This document shows positions 19,518 through 28,500 of a stretch of DNA of 55,788 nt, piece after piece. Each line of letters starts with the position of its first letter. The stretch's first letter is position 1. Source of the stretch: a virus. Lineage: Duplodnaviria > Caudoviricetes. Under the pieces are notes generated by a model that had not been told where the DNA came from, did no database searches, and saw nothing but the letters and a program-made list of their open reading frames with translations. The stretch is taken from IMG/VR virus record IMGVR_UViG_3300035494_000076, positions 1 through 55,788 of that record; one strand, given 5' to 3'. A program made the translations under genes and the position numbers.

Positions 19518-20123
19518 ATGAAATCTAATGTACAAGAGAACAGCAATAGGCTGATAGACGAGAACAAGGAGATGTTCAATTCGGTAAGCCACGAGATTAA
19601 GGTAATGCGGTTTATTAATAAAATCTTCGGTGGCATTCTCGTATTATTGGCTTTTATGGTTGCTTATTGGGTGGTCGAGCCCGACCCATTACAAATAACC
19701 AAGTCCGAAGATTCTGCGGATATTATTGTATGTGTTGATGGTGCATTTAGCTTCAAAAGGCACGTTGTTACCTCAAAATATTTGCAAGTTTCTGTAGAAC
19801 CACGTTTATTTGATTTTGCCACTAATTCAACTTTTGTGTTAGAGGGAAAAACTTACGAAGGTGCGGCTCAAGATGGTATAGTTACTTACAGACATAGAAT
19901 TGGGAATTCTTTTCCAAGTGGTGTCTATGAGTATAAACCAACTCTTAATTATGCAGTCAATCCTATAAAAAGTATTTCTAAAGCTGCACCTTCTCAAATC
20001 GTTGTGTTTGGTTGTAGAATTGATAGTGCGACTTATAAAGAGGTTGTTGATATTGTCAGTAACCAGTATGCGCCGACTGATTTAAAGATTGAACTAATCT
20101 TGTTGGTTATGGAAGGTATATAA
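19518..20123 (+). CDS. Single-TM protein with a probable periplasmic beta domain
   Basis: IFGGILVLLAFMVAYWVV followed by a beta-rich region. Confidence 0.65.
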   Translation: MKSNVQENSNRLIDENKEMFNSVSHEIKVMRFINKIFGGILVLLAFMVAYWVVEPDPLQITKSEDSADIIVCVDGAFSFKRHVVTSKYLQVSVEPRLFDFATNSTFVLEGKTYEGAAQDGIVTYRHRIGNSFPSGVYEYKPTLNYAVNPIKSISKAAPSQIVVFGCRIDSATYKEVVDIVSNQYAPTDLKIELILLVMEGI

Positions 20124-20126
20124 GCG

Positions 20127-20639
20127 ATGGCACTCATTGTGTGCTCGGTCAATTCATTTGAAGGTCAGTACCTAACCGGGTATCCGCATTATCAGGGAAT
20201 GGAGAACAAATACTTCGAGTCTATCGTATATGACATTTCATGCGGAGACCCCGCGCCTGGATATTCTTTGAGTGGTGATATTGCTCCAAACTTAATATGC
20301 GAAACCCCGTCATCCACTAGCACAAGAATAATCGCTCCAACCATAGGACAACTTTTTCCTGACGATAGTGTGTTGGGTGAGGTGGTTAAACAATGGGAAG
20401 TGGAAACGTTAACATTTGGGTTTCCAAACTCTGACCAAGGTTCATCTACTTTTACCCCAAGACAAACAGGAACAAACGTAACTAAAACTTTTGATTTTGA
20501 GTTGGTGTATGATGGCATTTCGGCAGGTGCTCCTTGTAAAAATACATTACCATTGACGCTGATTGTTATGATCGATTGGGCATACCAATCAACATCATCT
20601 TACATTGAAGTGAAAAAACTTAACGACGTGTGGGTATAG
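20127..20639 (+). CDS. Hypothetical (possibly baseplate-associated) protein
   Basis: Late operon, adjacent to PAAR. Confidence 0.55.
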   Translation: MALIVCSVNSFEGQYLTGYPHYQGMENKYFESIVYDISCGDPAPGYSLSGDIAPNLICETPSSTSTRIIAPTIGQLFPDDSVLGEVVKQWEVETLTFGFPNSDQGSSTFTPRQTGTNVTKTFDFELVYDGISAGAPCKNTLPLTLIVMIDWAYQSTSSYIEVKKLNDVWV

Positions 20640-20648
20640 GGGAATTAT

Positions 20649-20948
20649 ATGAAAGGTGGTGGAATGCGCTTGGGGGATATTGCTTTCCCTTATGGAGACC
20701 ATATCGTTTGGCAATCTGTTTCTACTATTGAAGGTGCTGCAACGGTATTCATCAATGGACTGCCAGCAATTCGCATTGGGGATACTTATTCTACGCATTG
20801 CTTAGGTTCATCATGTCATGCGCCTATACAAGACACAGGAAGCCCTACTGTAATCATTGAAGGAAGTCCTGCCACTAGAATAGGTGATAGAACTGATTGT
20901 GGAATGTTGGTGGGTACAGGAAGCCGTGATGTGTTTATAGGTGAGTAA
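20649..20948 (+). CDS. PAAR spike-tip protein (gp5.4-like)
   Basis: PAIRIGD, PATRIGD and GS..VFIG motifs. Confidence 0.92.
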   Translation: MKGGGMRLGDIAFPYGDHIVWQSVSTIEGAATVFINGLPAIRIGDTYSTHCLGSSCHAPIQDTGSPTVIIEGSPATRIGDRTDCGMLVGTGSRDVFIGE

Positions 20949-20963
20949 ACGCATCACCATATA

Positions 20964-21509
20964 TCAGAACTTCATTGTGTAAGAAATCCCATAAGCAGTA
21001 AATCTCTCATCTCCGTATGAATGGGCATAGTCAAACTTCAGACCATGCTTTGTGCCACTAAGACTAACATCAAATCCAACCAATTGGCTGTTAAACTTAT
21101 AATCACTACTAAAGACGTCCCTATGTCTAACGTATACACCCGCGCTTCCATATTTGAAAGGTTTTGATGCCTTAGCCGCCACTACATAATAACCATCATC
21201 GGTGTAGCTATCCATTAGGCATCCTAAGCCTGTTCCAATGGTAAAATTTATCCCATCAACATTGTGTGTTTTTGATATAATACCTTGTGTTGTGGTTCGG
21301 TTGTATCTAGAATTTTTTGATTTCAGCCCCGTCATGTTCACGGACATTACCGTATTCAGTGGGGTTGAAAAATTTGTCTGTAAAGCCGCGCCATGCAAAT
21401 CGTTGCCTTTGTGATTTTCTATAAAGATGCTTTGTATAGAAACTGAGTTAGCTATTGTAACCATTGGCACACACGCAAGGGCGATTGCTGATAAAATGTT
21501 TTTCTTCAT
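20964..21509 (-). CDS. Outer-membrane beta-barrel-like protein
   Basis: Sec signal peptide, amphipathic beta strands, C-terminal YGISYTMKF beta-signal. Confidence 0.7.
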   Translation of the reverse strand: MKKNILSAIALACVPMVTIANSVSIQSIFIENHKGNDLHGAALQTNFSTPLNTVMSVNMTGLKSKNSRYNRTTTQGIISKTHNVDGINFTIGTGLGCLMDSYTDDGYYVVAAKASKPFKYGSAGVYVRHRDVFSSDYKFNSQLVGFDVSLSGTKHGLKFDYAHSYGDERFTAYGISYTMKF

Positions 21510-21544
21510 TCTGTTCTCCGAGATTAAAAATATATATTACAGAA

Positions 21545-21552
21545 TATTTATA
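21545..21552 (-). promoter_or_regulatory. Late promoter for the beta-barrel gene
   Basis: TATAAATA on the minus strand. Confidence 0.6.
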
Positions 21553-21558
21553 AATTAT

Positions 21559-21587
21559 GTTGACAACGCTTAAAACATATAATAGAA
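21559..21587 (+). promoter_or_regulatory. Sigma70-type promoter driving the non-coding region
   Basis: TTGACA-N17-TAGAAT; predicted +1 lies near the first stem at 21593. Confidence 0.7.
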
Positions 21588-21592
21588 TATAA

Positions 21593-22020
21593 ATCGTGTT
21601 GAGTTGGCTTGCTTTTGGCGTAAAATTGATAAGACCTATCTAATGCAACTCAACACGATAAACCAGAACAAGACAAATGGTAGTGCAGACTAAATAAATC
21701 TTGACTCACTGCATCGCGTAGGTTAAGATAGTCTTGTTGTCTAGTTGAACCAACGGACAGGGTTTAAAACAGTTTCCTACTTCTGTAAAAAGTAGGACTT
21801 ATCAAAATGGGTGTAAGTAATCCGACATTGTAAACCTTCGGGGGAGTTGATGAAAAACGGATGTAGTTCGATTACTCTTGGATTGAGAGTCTAGCACCCA
21901 TTTTGATAAGTGAGAAGTAACCTAGCCTAGCTGGTTATAAAGAAGTGGTGGCGTTAATGCTACGGTACTAACTTAATAGTGTGTCAACCACCATAATAGT
22001 AATGTGTGACTGCTCTACTT
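21593..22020 (+). ncRNA. Array of structured non-coding RNA domains, family unknown
   Basis: Perfect 14-bp, 8-bp, 8-bp and 17-bp closing stems with internal junctions and a possible pseudoknot; no ORF. Confidence 0.7.
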
Positions 22021-22109
22021 AACACTTATCGATCAAATTCTTTAACAGTGTACGTCTACATTAGATATTAAAGCAGGGAGTTTTAACTATTACAAAAAGG
22101 GGGAAGTTG

Positions 22110-22266
22110 ATGGGATTGTTTATTTGGAGCGTAGCTATTGTTTTACTTATTGTGTATATTGTATTACGAAAGCGGTCTGGACATAAAAGAGTTACATGAA
22201 AGAGACAAAAGCGCACTGCGTAGAGTTTTAACCAAAGAATATGCCGAAACTTTAAAAGAAATGTAA
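22110..22266 (+). pseudogene. Small membrane protein gene, frameshifted
   Basis: MGLFIWSVAIVLLIVYIVLRKR..* (22110-22199) continues in another frame as LDIKELHERDK...LKEM* to 22266. Confidence 0.45.
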
Positions 22267-22283
22267 TTGGAGAAGCGTGGAAT

Positions 22284-22799
22284 ATGACTGAGGAAGAGTA
22301 CCACATGAAATCCGCTTTTCTGATCGCGGAGTTATCGAAGTGTGAGAGAAAAAAGGTTGGAGCAGTATTGGTGAAAGACGGCAGACATTTATGTACTGCT
22401 CGGAATGGAACTCTTGCAGGGCAAGATAATTGTTGCGAAACTAAAGAGTATATGAACCCTGATTCTGGTGGATGGCTGGACTTAGAAACCATAGAAGAAC
22501 AATATCCATATAAAGCTGATAAAGGTCGTTACAAATTGGTAACGAATGAGTTGACATTGCACGCAGAGCAGAATATACTTACATACTGTGCTAAGAATGG
22601 AATACCAACAAATGGGTCAACCATCTACATTACCCTGAGTCCTTGTAAGACTTGTGCTAAACTAATGGCAAGTGCTGGAGTACAAAGAGTAGTATACAGT
22701 GAACAATATAGAGATACCGAAGGTGTTGATTTCTTAAAGAGAGTCGGCATCGAAGTCGAACAATATGATTTTTTACTACAAAAAGGAGAGGTGGGATGA
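22284..22799 (+). CDS. cd: dCMP deaminase
   Basis: KVGAVLV, HAEQN and PCKTC motifs. Confidence 0.93.
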   Translation: MTEEEYHMKSAFLIAELSKCERKKVGAVLVKDGRHLCTARNGTLAGQDNCCETKEYMNPDSGGWLDLETIEEQYPYKADKGRYKLVTNELTLHAEQNILTYCAKNGIPTNGSTIYITLSPCKTCAKLMASAGVQRVVYSEQYRDTEGVDFLKRVGIEVEQYDFLLQKGEVG

Positions 22800-22993
22800 G
22801 AGGTAAAGTGGCTAAAGCTTATCGTAAATTGGCAAAAACTATGCAGTTGTCTGAAACGGAATATATCGAAACACGACACCCGATTTATATGAAAAATGGT
22901 ATGCCTGTTATTGGTGTAACCATTCGACTCAAAGATGAGTGTGAACGAGGTTTCTATCAAAAATTAAAACACGCCCACACGCGAAGCCGATAA
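22796..22993 (+). CDS. Small basic hypothetical protein
   Basis: Translationally coupled ORF. Confidence 0.65.
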   Translation: MRGKVAKAYRKLAKTMQLSETEYIETRHPIYMKNGMPVIGVTIRLKDECERGFYQKLKHAHTRSR

Positions 22994-22997
22994 AAAC

Positions 22998-23023
22998 AAA
23001 ATCCCCTTAACTGGGGATTTTTT
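22998..23023 (+). terminator. Intrinsic terminator
   Basis: AAAATCCCC-TTAACT-GGGGATTTTTT. Confidence 0.85.
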
Positions 23024-23033
23024 ATATTAGGTA

Positions 23034-23062
23034 TTGACATTGAGGCTAAGGTTTAGTATACT
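23034..23062 (+). promoter_or_regulatory. Sigma70-type promoter
   Basis: TTGACA-N17-TATACT. Confidence 0.75.
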
Positions 23063-23092
23063 AACACACGTAAACAACAAAGGAGAGTCAAT

Positions 23093-23320
23093 ATGAAGCT
23101 AGTAGTGCCGTGGGAAGAAAAGAATACAACCATCAAGATCAAAAACATCGATGTAAACGAAAATCTTAACATTTCCTTAGACGTTAAGTATGATGAGTCT
23201 GTTGCCTCGAGAGTAGAAGTTGAAGAATTCCTCACAGTGTTCTTTACTGAAGCCATTAAAAACCAGATTGATGAGTTGTATATCGACAAGTATATCGAAA
23301 ATATTGAGAAAGGAGAATAG
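23093..23320 (+). CDS. Hypothetical protein
   Basis: SD AGGAG. Confidence 0.7.
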   Translation: MKLVVPWEEKNTTIKIKNIDVNENLNISLDVKYDESVASRVEVEEFLTVFFTEAIKNQIDELYIDKYIENIEKGE

Positions 23321-23323
23321 AAT

Positions 23324-23644
23324 ATGTTTAAGAAAATTATTGTAGGTCTGTTTTTATCATTGTTTGCTTTAACAGCAAGTGCGAGTTCTTTTGTTAAAAT
23401 TGAAGAAGATGCTATTGTTTGTGACAGTGTTTCAGACCTGAGGTATCTTGTACAAATGGTACAAGAAAATCAAGAAGCAATGTTTAATGAATATTTGATG
23501 TTTGTTTTGGAAAAGAACCGTTGCGGTTTAGCAAAACCAAATATCATCGGTAAGGTTGTTGATGTTGACAGTGATTTTGTTTTGATCGAGGGCGTTTCTG
23601 TGGTTGGTCGAGTGTGGGTAATGCACACACAGTTAGTCAAATAA
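23324..23644 (+). CDS. Secreted/periplasmic protein
   Basis: Signal peptide ending ASA; two Cys. Confidence 0.7.
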   Translation: MFKKIIVGLFLSLFALTASASSFVKIEEDAIVCDSVSDLRYLVQMVQENQEAMFNEYLMFVLEKNRCGLAKPNIIGKVVDVDSDFVLIEGVSVVGRVWVMHTQLVK

Positions 23645-23656
23645 AGGTGAGATGAT

Positions 23657-24232
23657 ATGAAGAATAAACTCATTGGTATTGTCGCAATGACAGATGAAGG
23701 TGTCATTGCAATTGACGGAAAGCTTCCTGTAAAATCTAAAGTGGACATGAAGCACTTTAAAGAAACAACCGAGGGCAACATCGTTATTATGGGAAACACA
23801 ACCTATAAAACATTAAATGGACAGTTACCAAATCGTCTAAACATTGTTTTAACTAAATCAAAGATTGACGGTGATCCATCAACTCGTCCATATTACACTG
23901 ATTCAATTTTAAACGCCATCAGATACCAACCAGTAGGCGATACTAGGGACTTGTATGTGATTGGTGGTACTAAGGTATATCGTGCAATGTTACCAATGTG
24001 TGATGAAGTTATCATTACTGTATTCAGTTTGAGCACAGTAGAAGAAAATTTTGATGATGAGTTGACTTTGTTTCCATTTAAGGTTACAGTCTTTGATGAA
24101 GGCGTTTTGGTTACTCAAACAAATGTATCTTTACCATCGTTGAACTCATTCTTTCCATATTATGAAATCGAGAGAAAATTTGAAGAGAATGGAATCATCG
24201 GGCGTATCATTCGTTTTAAGAAGGAAATCTAA
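23657..24232 (+). CDS. frd: Dihydrofolate reductase
   Basis: DMKHFKETT, IMGNTT, LPNRLNIVL and VIGG motifs. Confidence 0.92.
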   Translation: MKNKLIGIVAMTDEGVIAIDGKLPVKSKVDMKHFKETTEGNIVIMGNTTYKTLNGQLPNRLNIVLTKSKIDGDPSTRPYYTDSILNAIRYQPVGDTRDLYVIGGTKVYRAMLPMCDEVIITVFSLSTVEENFDDELTLFPFKVTVFDEGVLVTQTNVSLPSLNSFFPYYEIERKFEENGIIGRIIRFKKEI

Positions 24233-24670
24233 ATGAAGATTATTCATAAGTCTTGGTTATCCAAGAAGCAGATTAAAGCGATACAAAAGGAAAAAGAAGC
24301 AACGTATATATGCGATAACCCTCTAAGGCTAAGAGACGGAAGTTGGGCAAATTTCCCTATCGCTATTTTTTATGCCAAAACTCCTCATCCTAATGGGTCT
24401 AATTGGTTTGGATTGTATAATGATTATATGGGAAGGGTTATGATTGTCAATGCAGGAGAAGTAGAAGGCAGAGAGATTGATGGACTGATCGTTGGTGATA
24501 AGATTATTTATTCATCTTATCGACATCATTTGCACTGTCTGTCTGACGAAAATGGTGATTATGCCTGTATTGATGGTGGCATCGACTATCTTAAACTTAC
24601 AGGTACGGCTAAAATAACCAAATCTATCATAAGACTTAAAATTACTAAAGACGGATTAATGGAGGTGTAA
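24233..24670 (+). CDS. Hypothetical protein (paralog of 25094-25513)
   Basis: YSSYRH...IDGGIDY. Confidence 0.65.
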   Translation: MKIIHKSWLSKKQIKAIQKEKEATYICDNPLRLRDGSWANFPIAIFYAKTPHPNGSNWFGLYNDYMGRVMIVNAGEVEGREIDGLIVGDKIIYSSYRHHLHCLSDENGDYACIDGGIDYLKLTGTAKITKSIIRLKITKDGLMEV

Positions 24671-24673
24671 GAG

Positions 24674-24865
24674 ATGGATATTATTACTAAGGCGATTGAT
24701 GTTGTTCTTTCTTGTGAAACTGTACCACAATTGGAATATGCTAGACGGTATATTGAGTTGATTGAACAACACTCAACTGAAGATGATTTTCGAGGTATTG
24801 TTGAACTGTATAGCCAACAATATTCTAAGGTATTGCGGTCAAACTTAGAAACCGCATTTGATTAG
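24674..24865 (+). CDS. Hypothetical protein
   Basis: SD GGAGG. Confidence 0.6.
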   Translation: MDIITKAIDVVLSCETVPQLEYARRYIELIEQHSTEDDFRGIVELYSQQYSKVLRSNLETAFD

Positions 24866-25097
24866 GTATCGTATGCAAAGCAGATTATCGTCATTCATTG
24901 AACAGGTACTGAATGTGGGGTCTGGGTTCATTTTGTCTTTGGTTATATGGGTATTTGTTATTGTGCCCATATTTCATTTTGAAGTGTCCATGACAGAGAA
25001 CCTAATGGTCACAGCGATTTTTACCATAGTCTCCATCATTCGTGGATACTTTTGGCGAAGATTATTTAACAAGATACACGGAAAGGTAAACCAATGA
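24858..25097 (+). CDS. Small 2-TM phage membrane protein
   Basis: SFIE...NVGSG and SIIRGYFWRRLF; probable start at ATG 24873. Confidence 0.7.
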   Translation: MIRYRMQSRLSSFIEQVLNVGSGFILSLVIWVFVIVPIFHFEVSMTENLMVTAIFTIVSIIRGYFWRRLFNKIHGKVNQ

Positions 25098-25513
25098 ATA
25101 TATTTTTTGCCAATGTGCCATTTGCAACAGAAGAAGAAATCCATAATGCTAGAACCAAGTATGGTTTAGAATTTATATTTGAGTCTGATGATGTCTTTGA
25201 TAAAGATGGCACCAAATCACCAATCATCACCATATTTAGAAACCGTGGCAATATGTTCAAGTCAAAGTGGGTTGGGCTTGACTTTGTTAACGAAGAAATA
25301 TATGACTTTGACGACATAATCGATAAATTCAGAATCATTTATGCAGTTAATACTCCATACGGTTATCTGTATAGTAGAGCATTCCATGAGACGTGTGTTC
25401 TTGATGTTTCTAAAAAGCGTTATAAAATATCGGGTGGAAGAATGATAGCGAAGTCTGATAACCCTCTTACCCCTTTATACTTAACAGATGATGGATTCGT
25501 GGTGCTCCAATAA
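25094..25513 (+). CDS. Hypothetical protein (paralog of 24233-24670)
   Basis: YSRAFH...ISGG; ends LTDDGF versus ITKDGL in the paralog. Confidence 0.65.
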   Translation: MNIFFANVPFATEEEIHNARTKYGLEFIFESDDVFDKDGTKSPIITIFRNRGNMFKSKWVGLDFVNEEIYDFDDIIDKFRIIYAVNTPYGYLYSRAFHETCVLDVSKKRYKISGGRMIAKSDNPLTPLYLTDDGFVVLQ

Positions 25514-25539
25514 ATATAACAATATAAAAGGAAAATCAA

Positions 25540-26150
25540 ATGAAGCAAGAAATAAGAAAATTGATACGAGAATCCCTTATGTAGGCGCAACAGCTAAATG
25601 AAGCTGTAAGATTTGGTAATAAACAGATTGCAGAGGTAATGCGCCATGCTAATAGTTTTCTAGTTGGTGGTGAGTTTGAGTTCTCATATGGCGATATTTC
25701 GTCTGATGTTGATTCTTATATAGATTCAGTGTCTGCTTATGAAGTAGACGAAGCGTATGGCAAACGTATGGAAGAAATATACGAAACCCTTGGTGATGCT
25801 TTTGCCATTATACATCTATCCGAGTCCGAAAGAGTATTTGAAGGAGTATTGGAGACTGGAAACTATGGCGAGGTTGATGTTGAGTACGCAGAAGAACTTC
25901 GCCTAGCAACCCAATACTTCTCGAAGATTCACCAAAGTGTTGCAAACGAAAATAGAATCATCGAAGCATTAGAATACACATACGGAAATGATATATTTGA
26001 TGAAGTCATAGCGAAAGCACCGTGGGCTATGCGAAACTTATCAAAACTCAAGCACAACATAGAGAATGGTGAATATGACGAAAATTTGGTGTCTGAGATA
26101 TACCAATACTTATTATACGTGAATGGGGTAGACCTCATCCAAGAACGATT
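25540..26150 (+). pseudogene. Truncated internal-head-protein-like gene
   Basis: AATAAATA and SD, then MKQEIRKLIRESLM*AQQLNEA with in-frame TAG at 25582; runs into a half terminator at 26149-26164. Confidence 0.65.
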
Positions 26151-26190
26151 GGGGATTTTTTTTTATCCCACAATAAAAGGAGAGATTTTT

Positions 26191-27390
26191 ATGTTTAAAC
26201 TGCCATCACTACGACAAGCGAAACGTCTAGTTAAAAAATATAAGCATTTTGTGATGAAAAAAGAAATCATTGATGGGAAAACTGTTTATCAATTCGACTA
26301 TCTTTTAGCAAGCCCAAAAGACTTCACAGTAACCCCTTATGCAAAAGAACTAAGAGGCATTGCTTATGTTTCCTCATTCTTTGGATTAATCAACGAAACT
26401 GTACCAATGCTACATAAGTTTCACAATCTTAATGAGTGTGATGGTTATATGTTCGATGACTTAAATGGATGGGTAGTCTTAGGTATTCAGGAAAAGGATG
26501 ATGGGTCTGTTATTAACTTCATCAATATTGCTGGAAAGTTTTATGCCAAGTCTAAGTATTCATTCCAATCATATCAGTCACAGAAAGCCCAAGAACTTTT
26601 TGATAATAGTTCAAACCTTCAGAAGTGTGTTTCATTTTTCTATGATATGGGATATACGCCAATCTTTGAATTAGTTGGTAGAGATAATCCTATTGTTGTT
26701 GAATATGGAGACTTGGAACTAAGACTTATTCAGATAAGAAGTACAGAAACTGGTAATTATGTTCATCCAAAAAATATTCTAATGTGGGCAGGACACTTCA
26801 ACGTACCAACAGGAAAGTTTGATCCTATCATGGGTCTTGAACCAACATTCGGAAACGTATTTGACCGATACTACAAAGACAAAGTAGAAACCTTAGAAGG
26901 GATAGAGGGTTGGGTGTTTACACTAGAACACCCAATAACAGGAGAAACTAAATTAGTCAAGGTTAAGACAAAATGGTATCTAGCCCTTCATGGTATAATG
27001 ACTGGCTCAACATTGTTTGCTAATAATATCATTGAGTATATCCTAACCGATACGATTGATGATGTTGTTTCTAGTATGAAGTTTGTTGAAAACGATTTCC
27101 GTAAGAAGTTTATTGATGAAACAATAGAAACTATTGACAACTACTATAATACGGAATATACTAGACTTGTTAATATTCTTGAAAAGTATAAGCATATGGA
27201 TAACAAAGAGTTTGCTAATCAATATAAAACTACTCCAAACTTCCATGTACTGATGGCGGGGCGAAAAGGGAAAGATGTTGGTAAACTTCTTAAAGAATCC
27301 ATCATCCGTCAAACACGCAAAAAAGAAATGGCTGAGACTTTTCTACAAGATATAAAGGAGAAAGATAATGGAAGTATTACAGTGGTTTAG
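26191..27390 (+). CDS. rnlA: RNA ligase 1 (T4 Rnl1/gp63-like)
   Basis: SD AGGAG before ATG 26191; ELRG, KFHN, motif I EKDDGS, FELV..DNPIV, EGWV and KVKT.WY. Confidence 0.9.
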   Translation: MFKLPSLRQAKRLVKKYKHFVMKKEIIDGKTVYQFDYLLASPKDFTVTPYAKELRGIAYVSSFFGLINETVPMLHKFHNLNECDGYMFDDLNGWVVLGIQEKDDGSVINFINIAGKFYAKSKYSFQSYQSQKAQELFDNSSNLQKCVSFFYDMGYTPIFELVGRDNPIVVEYGDLELRLIQIRSTETGNYVHPKNILMWAGHFNVPTGKFDPIMGLEPTFGNVFDRYYKDKVETLEGIEGWVFTLEHPITGETKLVKVKTKWYLALHGIMTGSTLFANNIIEYILTDTIDDVVSSMKFVENDFRKKFIDETIETIDNYYNTEYTRLVNILEKYKHMDNKEFANQYKTTPNFHVLMAGRKGKDVGKLLKESIIRQTRKKEMAETFLQDIKEKDNGSITVV

Positions 27391-28417
27391 AAAAAATCAT
27401 CCAAACGTTTTAGAAAGAATGAAGAATGTTCCGCATGGATATGTGGATGGATATTTAGAAAGTTATTCTCCATATCATTTAGAGGGTGATGTGTATACCC
27501 ATACCATGCTAGTATATAGCCATGCGGCTAAAAATTTTGCAAATGAGCCGGAACTTCTAGCCGCACTATTGCATGATTATGGTAAAGTGTTTACAGCATT
27601 TGATGACCACGAGAAGCAAAGAAGATTTTTCCGTGGACATGAGGGGGTTTCTTTCTTTCGTTCCATTAACATTGTAAAAGAATATATGCAATCTTCCGAT
27701 ATGGGTAATCTATCAGAAGAAGCAAGAGATGAATTGACGAAAGCTGTTTTATTTGCAATCGCAAATCATGGAGTTGGTTTTAACCATAACCCAAGAACAA
27801 AAGAAGATGTAGAAAAATTGGTTTCTGTTGTTAATAAAACTGAAAAATATATGTTAGACGGATTGATGGAAGCAGATTATTTGGGGAAGATTTGTGAGAA
27901 AAAGAACAAGAAATCCCTTGACCTTTTTCAAGTTGTCGGAGTCGATAAACCACCTGTAGACTTCTATAAGGAAGTTGTTATTATGGTTGGATTACCAGGT
28001 TCAGGAAAGTCTACTTATATTAAAAATAACTTACCAACGCACTCGGTTGTTTCAAGAGATGAAATTGTGGAAGCAATGAATCCTGATATGAGTTATGCCA
28101 AAGCATTTAGAAATGCAGACCAAAAAGAAGTTGATAGACTTCTCATGGAAAAGTATAATGAATCGTTAAAAACATCAACTAAGGTTGTGGTTGATTTAAC
28201 TAACCTTTCTAAGAAGTCAAGAAAGAAATGGATTACACTAGCTAGACAAAAGCAATTTAATGTTCGTGCTGTTATTATGGCAACCGACTTTATGGACTGT
28301 TGTCAGAGAAGAAATGCAACTGAAAAGATTGTACCTTATAGCGTCATTGCGGATATGTCAACCAAGTTCACCTACCCTCTTGGTGACGAAGTTGATGCTG
28401 TCCAAATGGTTATATAA
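27368..28417 (+). CDS. HD phosphoesterase + P-loop polynucleotide kinase (HD-Pnk)
   Basis: HLEGDVYTHT, LLHDYGK and GHE motifs; GLPGSGKST, SRD and DLTNLS..SR. Confidence 0.88.
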   Translation: MEVLQWFRKNHPNVLERMKNVPHGYVDGYLESYSPYHLEGDVYTHTMLVYSHAAKNFANEPELLAALLHDYGKVFTAFDDHEKQRRFFRGHEGVSFFRSINIVKEYMQSSDMGNLSEEARDELTKAVLFAIANHGVGFNHNPRTKEDVEKLVSVVNKTEKYMLDGLMEADYLGKICEKKNKKSLDLFQVVGVDKPPVDFYKEVVIMVGLPGSGKSTYIKNNLPTHSVVSRDEIVEAMNPDMSYAKAFRNADQKEVDRLLMEKYNESLKTSTKVVVDLTNLSKKSRKKWITLARQKQFNVRAVIMATDFMDCCQRRNATEKIVPYSVIADMSTKFTYPLGDEVDAVQMVI

Positions 28418-28420
28418 ATA
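28413..28420 (+). promoter_or_regulatory. Late promoter upstream of phoH
   Basis: TATAAATA. Confidence 0.6.
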
Positions 28421-28500
28421 ATTTTGGAGGTGGTAATGTTTTTCGTTACCACCGTTTTACTCCCTTAAAATAATATCCCTTATCGGGTATTGGAGATTAT

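Noticed and set aside
21797-21911. tRNA or hammerhead ribozyme
   Set aside because: GTTCGAT and TTGATGA are present, but I could not build a cloverleaf with an anticodon arm or a CUGANGA/GAAA core
25639-27390. 583-aa novel RNA ligase fusion from the ORF track
   Set aside because: Internal half-terminator and a strong SD/ATG at 26191 show two separate genes
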